A stretch of 30,901 bases of DNA from a virus (IMGVR_UViG_3300037424_000229:1-30901); one strand, 5' to 3'. Shown: positions 6,525 through 15,107, counted from the first letter of the stretch. Numbers and translations are program-made. The notes: generated from the letters alone by a model not told the origin.

Positions 6525-8287
6525 CCGAAAAGATCATACAGATGACGCCAGAGGAGTACGAGGAGGGAATGCTATACCTCGACTTCGAATACTACGCGAA
6601 CACCTACATGTTCATACAGGACAAGGACGGCGAGCTGGTCATCTTCGAGTTCAATACCGCGCAGCGGGCGTTGCACGCGATCATCGAGGATTTGTACAAG
6701 CGCGGGGCTCCCGTGCTCATCATCATACTCAAAGCCCGCCAGATGGGCATTTCCACCTACATGAATGGGCGGAACTACTGGAACGCGACGCGTGACAAGA
6801 ATACACACTGCGTCACTGTGTCCCACGAGCCGCAGGCCACTGACAAGCTGTTCGCAATGATTAAGCGGTTCCATAGCCATTTGCCGGAGGATGAGCGCCC
6901 GGAGACTCGCTATAACAATCTGCAAAAAATCGACTTCAACAAAAAGGACGGAAGCGCTGGCGGGCTGGACAGCTCTGTGTCCGTGGGAACGGCTGGAAAG
7001 TCCGACTTCGGATCAGGGCAGACTATAACCCACCTGCACCTGTCAGAGCTGGCGAAATGGGCAAGGCATATCGAAAAGGATCTACTCACCAGCCTGTTCC
7101 AGGCTGTCGCATTCAAGAACCCGGCTGCAAGCGTAGTGATCGAATCCACGGCGCGCGGAGTCGGCGGGGAGTATTATGACCGATTCTACTCAGCCCGCTA
7201 TGTGTATATGGCGTCGCTCAAGGACGGGAAGATCCTCATCAAGCTCACGATCAACGAGGCGGAGGATGAGGAGAACGCATTTTGCTCTGTGTTCTTCCCG
7301 TGGTTCATCTTCCCTGAGTACCAAATAGAGCCCGGTCCTGACTTCGAGCGCACAGACGAGGAGACGGAGATTGTTGCACTGCATGGGGTGACGGACGCGC
7401 AGCTCAAATGGCGGCGATGGGCGATCATCAACAGATGCGGCAAGGACAAGGAAAAGTTCCGGCAGGAGTATCCAGCCTCGCCGGAAGAGGCATTCCTTGG
7501 CTCAGGCCGCCCAGTGTTCGACCTGTACCAGTGCCAGGCGCTCAAAAAGGCGCTCGAAGTTCGGCGGCCCATTGCCACGTATGAGCACAATGCCTCGTAT
7601 GACTGGGTAGCGGAGAAGGGTGGAAGGCTTGAGGTCTACGAGGAGCCACGTTCTGGCATCCCGTACCTGATCTCGTGCGACGTTGCTGAGGGATTGATTC
7701 ACGGGGATATGACCACGTTCAGCGTGCTCAATCACTACACTGGTGATCAGGTGGCGCACTGGTGTGGCAGTATTGACCCGCTGGAGCTGGCAGATCTGCT
7801 CGCGAGCCTCGGGTATCGGTACAATACTGCCCTGCTCGCCCCTGAGCGGAACAATCATGGAATCGCGACAGTCACGAGGCTCGCGACCAAACTGGACTAT
7901 CCGAACATCTACGCGGAGATGGTAGACGAGCCGCCGAGCAAGCCAAGGAAGCGGTATGGTTGGCTCACGAGCAGTAAGAACCGCAGCCATATTATAGCCA
8001 CCCTCAAAAAGCTCTTCAACGATGGGGAGCACGGGATCCGCTCGTGGCGCACGGTCGAGGAGATGATGTACTTCATCTACAACGACAAGGGCCGTCCAGA
8101 GGGTCAGTCGGGCAAACGGGATGATCAGGTCATGGAATACGCCATCGGGCAGCATGTGCGGCTCATGACACAGCCAGTAACGCCGGAGACGAGGAGAGGC
8201 AGCGGCAGCCCGCGGAGAGAAGCCCCAGTAGCAACGAGTGCGGCAGCAGCGGCGACGAGCCGCCGCAAATGGGCAGCGAGACAATAA
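6521..8287 (+). CDS. terL: Terminase large subunit
   Basis: IIILKARQMGIST (Walker A region), LHLSE (Walker B), VIESTA coupling motif, nuclease motifs DVAEG, ERNNHG and DDQVM. Confidence 0.95.
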   Translation: MTEKIIQMTPEEYEEGMLYLDFEYYANTYMFIQDKDGELVIFEFNTAQRALHAIIEDLYKRGAPVLIIILKARQMGISTYMNGRNYWNATRDKNTHCVTVSHEPQATDKLFAMIKRFHSHLPEDERPETRYNNLQKIDFNKKDGSAGGLDSSVSVGTAGKSDFGSGQTITHLHLSELAKWARHIEKDLLTSLFQAVAFKNPAASVVIESTARGVGGEYYDRFYSARYVYMASLKDGKILIKLTINEAEDEENAFCSVFFPWFIFPEYQIEPGPDFERTDEETEIVALHGVTDAQLKWRRWAIINRCGKDKEKFRQEYPASPEEAFLGSGRPVFDLYQCQALKKALEVRRPIATYEHNASYDWVAEKGGRLEVYEEPRSGIPYLISCDVAEGLIHGDMTTFSVLNHYTGDQVAHWCGSIDPLELADLLASLGYRYNTALLAPERNNHGIATVTRLATKLDYPNIYAEMVDEPPSKPRKRYGWLTSSKNRSHIIATLKKLFNDGEHGIRSWRTVEEMMYFIYNDKGRPEGQSGKRDDQVMEYAIGQHVRLMTQPVTPETRRGSGSPRREAPVATSAAAAATSRRKWAARQ

Positions 8288-8299
8288 ACCAGTAACAAG

Positions 8300-8395
8300 A
8301 AGGAGGCATAATGGAAAAAGAAGACTTAAAGAGAAAAGGAGGCATCATAGGAAAAGGAAGTTTCACGACGAAAGGAAGTTTCGCGACGAGAGGGA
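8300..8395 (+). repeat. Degenerate 18-bp tandem repeat (5 units plus partial)
   Basis: Units start at 8300, 8318, 8336, 8354, 8372; the last two differ by 1 nt. Confidence 0.65.
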
Positions 8396-8859
8396 TTCAA
8401 ATACTCAAGAGACTACACAACAATGACGGGCAGCCGTTATTCACACCTGACCAGATCGGGCTCCTCGTGCAGGGCACGGCACCTCTGCATTTGCAGAACA
8501 GGGCCGAGAAGACGCTGGAAACCTACGTTAAGGTGCAGCGCGGTCCGGTGCCGAGGAACGAAGTCGAGGCGCTTTATCTGCGGAGAGATGAGTACTACCA
8601 GTTCGTCAGCATGATCGAGCCAGCCATGCTGGCATTGCAGCACATCACGAACACGCTCTACGCGATAGAGCGGAAGCTTCAACATCATGGCATCATCCCC
8701 GAAGACGTGGAACAGTGGCATACGGAGGTGGCGGATCTGGCCAAGGAGATGCAGGAAGAGATCAATGCCATCATGCGGGCCAAGGCAGAGGCAACAGCAG
8801 AGTCTGATGGTGGTCAGGAGCCCGAGGGCATGGCGGAGGAAGCAGGGGCAATTTCTTGA
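8311..8859 (+). CDS. Hypothetical protein
   Basis: AAGGAGG SD, 182-aa ORF, N-terminus encoded by 18-bp repeats. Confidence 0.7.
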   Translation: MEKEDLKRKGGIIGKGSFTTKGSFATRGIQILKRLHNNDGQPLFTPDQIGLLVQGTAPLHLQNRAEKTLETYVKVQRGPVPRNEVEALYLRRDEYYQFVSMIEPAMLALQHITNTLYAIERKLQHHGIIPEDVEQWHTEVADLAKEMQEEINAIMRAKAEATAESDGGQEPEGMAEEAGAIS

Positions 8860-8884
8860 CAACTTGTGATCCCTATGTGATAAT
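8856..8884 (+). promoter_or_regulatory. Sigma70-type late promoter upstream of portal
   Basis: TTGACA (8856-8861), 17 nt, GATAAT (8879-8884), with TG extended -10. Confidence 0.8.
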
Positions 8885-8901
8885 ACTCACAAGAGGACCG
8901 C

Positions 8902-8945
8902 AAGAGTCCCACAATCCCGTCATCCGGGGTTGTGGGGCTTTTTTT
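8902..8945 (+). terminator. Intrinsic terminator/attenuator 1 in the portal leader
   Basis: GAGTCCCACAATCCCG-TCATC-CGGGGTTGTGGGGCTT stem followed by a T run. Confidence 0.85.
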
Positions 8946-8975
8946 GTTGGTTCAAAGGGGGCTGAGAGCTAGAAG

Positions 8976-11105
8976 ATGCTGACTGGCGCGAAAGATAGAA
9001 ATCTTGGGCCTCCTGGAACGCTGGCCTCTAGAACTCGTCTTCGCACCCCGGACGAACTGACACAATACGAGCAAGCCCCCGTAAATACTATCCAGCCCAT
9101 ACCGCTGGACATGTTGGCGAATTTTATTGAGTCGCAGTTCAGCCGTGCGCGCAACTCCAAGCTCGCAATCAACCAGATACTCCTGGAGTGCAGACGGCAG
9201 ATCGATGGGCGGTACTCCCCCGAGAAGGAACAGGCGATCCTGGCCGAAGGGAAATCCGGCGTGTTCCTGATGGTCACACAGACCAAATGCCGCGATGCAA
9301 AGGCATGGATCAAGGACGTGCTCGGCGGAGAGCGGTCATGGCTGCTCAAGCCAACCCCCATCGCCGACATGCCGGACGACATCCGCAAAGAGGTTATGAT
9401 GTACGCGGTGAAGTCCGCCCTTGCCGAGGTCATGGTAGCGGCAGCTCAGAGCGGGGCAGCCCCGACCAGTGAAGGATTCATGGCAGCGTATCAGGCCAAG
9501 ATGCACGCCATTGAGCCGCAGATAAAGAGCGCGGAACAGAAGGCAGCCGAGAAGGCCGGGGATAAGATGACCCGCCTGATCGAAGACCAGCAGTCCGATG
9601 GAGAGTGGCACAAGGCACTCGCAGCGTGCATCAGCGACGTTGTGGAGTATCCGGCAGCCATCATGCGGGCCAGCTATGCTCGCAAGCTCATGCTGAACCG
9701 CAAGCAAAACCCTGCCGGACTGCAATTCAGCTTCGAGCCCAAGACCATCAGGACGTTCACCCGCATCCATCCGATTGACTTTTTCCCGGCTCCCGAGACA
9801 GTACGGTGCGGCGACGGTACGCCGATCTGCATCCGGCTCAAGCTCGCGCGCAAGGATATGCAGGAGCTGATAGGTGTGCCCGGGGCCAAGGATGATGTGA
9901 TCCGGGAGATTCTGGATGGACATATGGAGGGACAGTCTTTCAAGCTCCATGCTGACGGCGATTCGGAGATGGCGCAGCTTGACAAGAAGAGCGTCACCAG
10001 CGAGATGGAGAACCTGATCGAGGGCGTGGAGTTTGAGGGTTGGGTGCCGGGCAAGGTATTGCGCCAATGGGGCATGGATGGCGTGGAAGATCCATCCATC
10101 GATTACTTTATCACCGCATACATGGTTGGACGCAGGATTATCAAGGCTGTGATTGACCCTTTGCAGAACGGCATGAGCAAGTTCAGCTCAGCGAGCTTTG
10201 AGCCCTCGAACGACAGCATATGGGGCAAGGGCGTGCCGCAGCTCATCAAGGGCGAGCAGAACGGGTGCAATCAGGCCGCCAGGTCGATCAATGACAACGT
10301 GGCCATCGCATCCGGTCCACTGACTGAGATCAACAAGGATCGGCTCGCAGACGGCCAGACGGTCACGGACATCTACCCGTGGCAGGTGATCCTCACAAAG
10401 GACAAGAACATTGATGGCGGGCAGGTAGTTCGCTATTATCACGCGCCTATGCATGGGGCTGAACTCATCAGCGTGTATGAGCATTGGCTGAAGCAGGCTG
10501 ACCAGCAGTGCGGTATCCCGTCCTTTGCCCACGGTGATTCGCAGGTCGGCGGGGCCGGGAATACTGCGTCAGGGCTCTCGATGCTTATGTCCGCCTCGGG
10601 CCGTGGCGTCAAGCAGGTTATCGGGTACCTGAACAATGACCTGATCACCCCCCCGGTGGAACTATCGTTTGTTCATAATATGTTGATGTGGCCGGACGAG
10701 TCGGTCAAGGGCGACGTTCAGGTTGAGATCAAGGGCACGGAAGCTCTTATGATGCGCGAGCAGCAGATTATCCGCCTCAATGAGTTCCTGACCCGCGTAC
10801 TCAGCTCCGAAATACTCATTCAGATCCTTGGGTATGAGGGGATCGCGAAAATCCTCCGCTCGGTTATGCAGCCCATGGAGGCCATTGACACGGACGACAT
10901 ACTCCCCGAGATCGACGACCACTTCATGGAGCGTATAATGGGCTCTCTCGCAGAGTCGGGAGCTGGCGGTATACCCAACGGCCAACAGGCTCCCGGCTCT
11001 GTTCCCCTTAACCTCGCAGGACAGTTGACGGGTGGACAGGAGACCGCAGTGTTTCAACAGCCTGGAGCGCGGCGGCCCGAGATGGCCGGGGGTGCGGTGA
11101 GATGA
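8976..11105 (+). CDS. Portal protein (head-tail connector, podovirus type)
   Basis: 709 aa, follows TerL; WGKGVP...Q...N.AARS..DN...ASGP and GAGNTASGLSMLM motifs typical of large podophage portals. Confidence 0.9.
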   Translation: MLTGAKDRNLGPPGTLASRTRLRTPDELTQYEQAPVNTIQPIPLDMLANFIESQFSRARNSKLAINQILLECRRQIDGRYSPEKEQAILAEGKSGVFLMVTQTKCRDAKAWIKDVLGGERSWLLKPTPIADMPDDIRKEVMMYAVKSALAEVMVAAAQSGAAPTSEGFMAAYQAKMHAIEPQIKSAEQKAAEKAGDKMTRLIEDQQSDGEWHKALAACISDVVEYPAAIMRASYARKLMLNRKQNPAGLQFSFEPKTIRTFTRIHPIDFFPAPETVRCGDGTPICIRLKLARKDMQELIGVPGAKDDVIREILDGHMEGQSFKLHADGDSEMAQLDKKSVTSEMENLIEGVEFEGWVPGKVLRQWGMDGVEDPSIDYFITAYMVGRRIIKAVIDPLQNGMSKFSSASFEPSNDSIWGKGVPQLIKGEQNGCNQAARSINDNVAIASGPLTEINKDRLADGQTVTDIYPWQVILTKDKNIDGGQVVRYYHAPMHGAELISVYEHWLKQADQQCGIPSFAHGDSQVGGAGNTASGLSMLMSASGRGVKQVIGYLNNDLITPPVELSFVHNMLMWPDESVKGDVQVEIKGTEALMMREQQIIRLNEFLTRVLSSEILIQILGYEGIAKILRSVMQPMEAIDTDDILPEIDDHFMERIMGSLAESGAGGIPNGQQAPGSVPLNLAGQLTGGQETAVFQQPGARRPEMAGGAVR

Positions 11106-11380
11106 TAAGCCCATCTACAGAAGTGCTGGAAATACTGGCGAAACATGGGAATGGCATTGATTTCAATAGATTCTTTCAGTGGATACACAAAGCCCGTGAA
11201 GCCGCGCTGAGCAGTATCCGCACGGAGCGGGATCACAGCGAGCTGATGAAGATTCAAGGCGAACTGGCCGTACTGGATGAGCTGATTGCCGCACACATCG
11301 ACGCTGAGAAGATACTGAAAAACGCTCAGGAGTTCAAGGCACGGCAGGATCAGGCGCGGGAGGCACATGGATCAGGTTAG
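11102..11380 (+). CDS. Small helical phage protein downstream of portal
   Basis: ATGA overlap with portal; ELMKIQGELAVLDEL pattern common at this position. Confidence 0.75.
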   Translation: MISPSTEVLEILAKHGNGIDFNRFFQWIHKAREAALSSIRTERDHSELMKIQGELAVLDELIAAHIDAEKILKNAQEFKARQDQAREAHGSG

Positions 11381-11531
11381 GTGCCCAAAGTGCAACAAGC
11401 TCCTGGCCGAGGCCAAGGACGGGCGGGTTCGCATAAAGTGCCCGAAGTGCAAGACGTTATCCACGTATGTGGATGGGAAGACCAGAATCAGCAGCGTTGT
11501 CGAGGCGGAAGAGCTTACCGCAGTAGCGTAG
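11367..11531 (+). CDS. Mu Com-family zinc-finger protein (54 aa; not in the ORF track)
   Basis: Manual translation MDQVRCPKCNKLLAEAKDGRVRIKCPKCKTLSTYVDGKTRISSVVEAEELTAVA; GGAGG SD; RCxxCNKLL...IKCPxCK is the Com signature. Confidence 0.85.
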   Translation: MDQVRCPKCNKLLAEAKDGRVRIKCPKCKTLSTYVDGKTRISSVVEAEELTAVA

Positions 11532-11571
11532 ACGCACCCGATCTTTGACAGTCGAATAAGAGTCCCACGAG

Positions 11572-11630
11572 GACCGTCATCAGCTCAGAGCCCGTAATCC
11601 GGGTGATTGGGCAATGGCGGTCTTTTTTTT
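11572..11630 (+). terminator. Intrinsic terminator/attenuator 2 upstream of scaffold and capsid
   Basis: GACCGTCAT (11572-11580) pairs with ATGGCGGTC (11614-11622); inner stems GCTCAG/TTGGGC and CCCG/CGGG; then T8. Confidence 0.8.
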
Positions 11631-11772
11631 GCCCGCAGTGGCCAGACGGCTTTGCCGCGGCCTCGGGATGCGGGTTGACGTGCCGGATACCAATCAGGCC
11701 CGGCGATAAAATCACCGCCATACATGCGGCCATAGAGCCATACATGCGGCACACCAAGGAGAACACACAGAA

Positions 11773-12894
11773 ATGGGCAAGTCACCAGACGATAAAAGAG
11801 GGCCGGAAATGAGGCCCAAGGAACACGCAAAAGCGCAACAGGCCAAGCTGATGGCTGAGTTCGGCATCAAGGGCACACCGGAAGGGACACCGCCTGCACC
11901 ACCTGCACCGCCAGCGGCCCCTGCCGCACCCCCGGAGACACCCCCGGCCCACACGACGCCGGAGGGCACCCCGCAGAACCAGCAGCAGCCGACACCGAAC
12001 AATGACGGACAGCCTGCCCCTGACGGACTTGTCTCAAAGGCGATGTACGACAAGCTCATGCAGTCGTACAGGACATTACTGGGCAAGTACAACAAGGAGG
12101 TCGCCGAGGTAAGAGGCGACGGGAAGGGGCTGTACAAGGGCAGCGAAGGAGCGTCGAAGTCGGGCGGAGAGAACGCCAACGCCGGAGACCCTAAGCTCAT
12201 GCAGACGATCAACGAACTGCAAGGGAAGGTCGAAGCGCTACAGGCAAAGCTCGACGAGAAGGCACAGAAAGGCGCGAAGACGCCTGCACCGGCAGCCGAT
12301 CAGACCGAACTCTACAAGAAGATGGAAGAAGAGTTCGGGCCGGAAGCGGCAACCCTCATGGTGCAGTACGTTCAGCACGCCATAACCCCCATCCAGCAAC
12401 ATGCGAAGAGCCTCGCGGAAGCGGAAACGCAGAAGCAGGCGAAGGCGCGCGAGGACAAGCAGTCAGCTTTCTTCGCATCACTGGATGCGGCACTCCCCAA
12501 CTGGCCGGTCATCAATGATTCGGAAGACTTCTGGACGTGGGCTGAGGGGACGGTAAAACCCGGAACCGGACAGACCTACGGGAACCTGGTATATAGCGCG
12601 CGTGATCGTGGTGACGCCGGGACAGTAGCAAGCCTGATGAAAGAGTACGCCAGCGCACACGGGATGATTTCCACGGCGGGCGGATTCGACGGGCTGGCTG
12701 GTCCCGGTGGCAATAACTCAAGGTCCGCTGGTAGCGGACTTAACGAGGGCGATCAGGGCGGCAAGTTCGATCCACAGGTGTTTCAAGAGGGCATGGCGGA
12801 AATCGCCAGGATGCGGCGTGAGAAAAAGCCGCAGGCGGCGATAGAAGCCAAGAAAGCAGCTCTCTCCAAGCTGACAGGGATCGAAATCACATAG
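11773..12894 (+). CDS. Capsid scaffolding protein (probable)
   Basis: Pro-rich N-terminus, YRTLLGKYN coiled coil, PNWPVINDSEDFWTW motif, directly upstream of the capsid gene; start may be 11809. Confidence 0.8.
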   Translation: MGKSPDDKRGPEMRPKEHAKAQQAKLMAEFGIKGTPEGTPPAPPAPPAAPAAPPETPPAHTTPEGTPQNQQQPTPNNDGQPAPDGLVSKAMYDKLMQSYRTLLGKYNKEVAEVRGDGKGLYKGSEGASKSGGENANAGDPKLMQTINELQGKVEALQAKLDEKAQKGAKTPAPAADQTELYKKMEEEFGPEAATLMVQYVQHAITPIQQHAKSLAEAETQKQAKAREDKQSAFFASLDAALPNWPVINDSEDFWTWAEGTVKPGTGQTYGNLVYSARDRGDAGTVASLMKEYASAHGMISTAGGFDGLAGPGGNNSRSAGSGLNEGDQGGKFDPQVFQEGMAEIARMRREKKPQAAIEAKKAALSKLTGIEIT

Positions 12895-12928
12895 CCGGAT
12901 GGCCGCTCTCGTGGAAAGGTAAACCACC

Positions 12929-13885
12929 ATGAGCGTTCCGTATGTCACTGGCGGTGTTGATTACACCACCGCCACAGGAAACAAGTACATCAGGCTGGCG
13001 TTTGCAGCAAACTCCATCGAGCGTTTCTACAACGAGACGTTCCTGTACCAGATCACCACGACCAAGTACAGCGGTGAGATCACCAAGAAGGGCGACAGCG
13101 TGGTCATCGCCACCCGGCCCACGGTCACGATCAGCGACTACGACAAGGGGCAGGAGATCAACTGGCAGCTCCTTGAGAGCGAGCCTGTGACCATGACCGT
13201 GGACCGCGCAAAGTCCTTCGCGTTCCTCATGGACACGATTGACTTCACGCAGATCGAGGACGCAGCCTCGAAACTGAAAGAGGCTGAGGAAGACTCCTCC
13301 GAGCAGATGGCGGAAGTCATCGAAACGGCATTGCTCGCCGATGTCTACGTTGACGCCCATGCCTCGAACAAGGGCACGGCGGCAGGCGCGAAGTACGGCC
13401 TGTTTAACCTCGGTACCACGGGAGCCCCGGTGGTCGTGACCGAGCACAACGTCCTCAACATCTTCAACCAGATGACGGGCGTGGCCAACGAGCAGAACTG
13501 GCCGAAGTCCGGGCGGTGGGCGGTCATCCCGTCGTGGATGGACTCCATCATCATGGACTCCGACCTCAAGCCTGTCAGCGTGTCCGGTGACAGCACGAGC
13601 CTGATCCGTTCCGGCATGATCGGCAAGATCGGCCTCTGGTCAGTGTACTCCACGAACCTCTATACCTCTGTCACGGACAGCGGATACGAGTGCTTCAACA
13701 TGATCTTCGGTCACGAGTCCGCCATCGGGTTCGTGTCGCAGCTCGTGAAGGTGGAGTACCACGAGCAGTTCGAGAATACCTTTGCCAAGGGCATGAAGGG
13801 GCTGAACGTCCACGACTGGAAGGTCGTGAAGCCCGAGAGCCTGGGCGTGGTCTACTGCCGTTACGGCGGTCGCTCGCTGGTCTAA
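12929..13885 (+). CDS. Major capsid protein (HK97 fold, P22-coat/T7-like type)
   Basis: 318 aa; YSGEITKKGDSVVI..PTVTISDY, GRWAVIP, GMIGKIG and KGLNVHDWKVVKP motifs; strongly biased codon usage. Confidence 0.9.
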   Translation: MSVPYVTGGVDYTTATGNKYIRLAFAANSIERFYNETFLYQITTTKYSGEITKKGDSVVIATRPTVTISDYDKGQEINWQLLESEPVTMTVDRAKSFAFLMDTIDFTQIEDAASKLKEAEEDSSEQMAEVIETALLADVYVDAHASNKGTAAGAKYGLFNLGTTGAPVVVTEHNVLNIFNQMTGVANEQNWPKSGRWAVIPSWMDSIIMDSDLKPVSVSGDSTSLIRSGMIGKIGLWSVYSTNLYTSVTDSGYECFNMIFGHESAIGFVSQLVKVEYHEQFENTFAKGMKGLNVHDWKVVKPESLGVVYCRYGGRSLV

Positions 13886-13915
13886 GACCGCAGCGGCTGG
13901 TTGAACACTAACCCA

Positions 13916-13958
13916 ATCCCCCTCTCCGGGCCGGATACCCGGTTCGGGGAGGGGGGAT
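13916..13958 (+). other. Long GC-rich hairpin without U tract after the capsid gene
   Basis: ATCCCCCTCTCCGGGCCGG-ATAC-CCGGTTCGGGGAGGGGGGAT, about 19 bp, abutting the next SD. Confidence 0.75.
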
Positions 13959-13972
13959 AAGGAGACACTGAC

Positions 13973-14410
13973 ATGAGTAACTACGCAACGCTTCTGACGG
14001 GACAGTCCACGGCGAGGCCCGCGGTGCGGAAAAACGACTCCTTCGTGCGCGAGGTCGAGCTTGACTTCGCAACGATCAACGGGAGCAGCGGCGTCGTGCA
14101 GAACGATACCGTTGACCTGTTCACGATCCCGGCCAACACCCTCGTGGAGAAGGTCATCATGGAAGTCCTCACGGTCGAGGGCGCGGCCTACACGGTGAGC
14201 ATCGGCGACAAGGGCGGCACAGCTGCCCGCTTTATCAGCGCGGGCAGCGTGAACTCGCTGGCCTACCTCAAGACCGGGGACAACTCCGAGAACACCTCGG
14301 GCTACGTATTCAAGGCCGCTGGCGTGGTCCAGCTCCTTGCCGTCACCTCCGGCACCTACGACGCGGCCAAGATCAGGGTCATGGCGTTCTGCCGCGACAT
14401 CTCGGCCTAA
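13973..14410 (+). CDS. Capsid decoration/cement-like beta-rich virion protein
   Basis: Directly after MCP; DTVDLFTIPANTLV...VLT...SIGD pattern. Confidence 0.7.
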   Translation: MSNYATLLTGQSTARPAVRKNDSFVREVELDFATINGSSGVVQNDTVDLFTIPANTLVEKVIMEVLTVEGAAYTVSIGDKGGTAARFISAGSVNSLAYLKTGDNSENTSGYVFKAAGVVQLLAVTSGTYDAAKIRVMAFCRDISA

Positions 14411-14434
14411 GGAAGGCAAAGGAAGGAGACAAAT

Positions 14435-15100
14435 ATGGCTGAGAGAGAAGACTACAGGGTTGGCGTCTTAACGAGGCTCGGGGTCGCGAACGCCGACAGT
14501 GGCGTCAGCGTGCTCGAATTCAACGCCTCGAATCACTACACCCTCGCGCGCGGGGCCACGATACCCTCTGGCGTGGCCAAGTACGCCGTTGGGTGCCTGT
14601 TCGTGGATACGTCCACGGGTGAGCTGTACGTCAACACCGGGAGCGCTACGTCATGCACGTTCCAGGCCGTTGGAGACCTGACAACCAAGGCCACGGACGG
14701 GCTCAGAAGCGTGAAGGTGGCGAGGGCCACGTTCGCGTGGGATGACGCATGGGCAGACGGCGTTGCCTTCGGCCTCGGCGTGACCCTGCCGGACAACGCG
14801 ATCATCACGCGCGCGTACTACGACGTGCTGACCACGTTCGCCGGAGACGGCGACGATACCTCGACCATCAGCCTGCTCCTGCCCACGGACGGGGATCTCG
14901 TGGCCGACACAGCCATCAAGACCGCGGGCGATGCGTGGGACGCCGGGCTGCATGAATGCATCCAGGACGGCACAGCGGCGAACATGAAGAAGCTCACTGC
15001 CGCACGCGAGCTTCAGGCGCTCGTCACGATTGCCGCAACGGATACCGCCCTGACAGCGGGCGAACTCGTGCTGTTCGTGGAGTACGTCGTCAGCGGCTAA
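14435..15100 (+). CDS. Virion structural protein (decoration/spike-like)
   Basis: LPDNAIITRAYYDVLTTF...LTAGELVLFVEY beta-sandwich pattern resembling the previous gene. Confidence 0.65.
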   Translation: MAEREDYRVGVLTRLGVANADSGVSVLEFNASNHYTLARGATIPSGVAKYAVGCLFVDTSTGELYVNTGSATSCTFQAVGDLTTKATDGLRSVKVARATFAWDDAWADGVAFGLGVTLPDNAIITRAYYDVLTTFAGDGDDTSTISLLLPTDGDLVADTAIKTAGDAWDAGLHECIQDGTAANMKKLTAARELQALVTIAATDTALTAGELVLFVEYVVSG

Positions 15101-15107
15101 CCAAAAC

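Noticed and set aside
11545-11575. TTGACA after the Com gene as a promoter
   Set aside because: No plausible -10 hexamer at 16-18 nt spacing
11603-11812. 69-aa + strand ORF in the scaffold leader
   Set aside because: Runs through a terminator and structured leader, with no SD or recognisable motif
11870-12000. Repetitive DNA in the scaffold N-terminus
   Set aside because: Explained by Pro/Ala-rich low-complexity protein sequence
13860-13960. Capsid frameshift or read-through extension
   Set aside because: No slippery heptamer seen near the stop, and the hairpin begins 30 nt downstream
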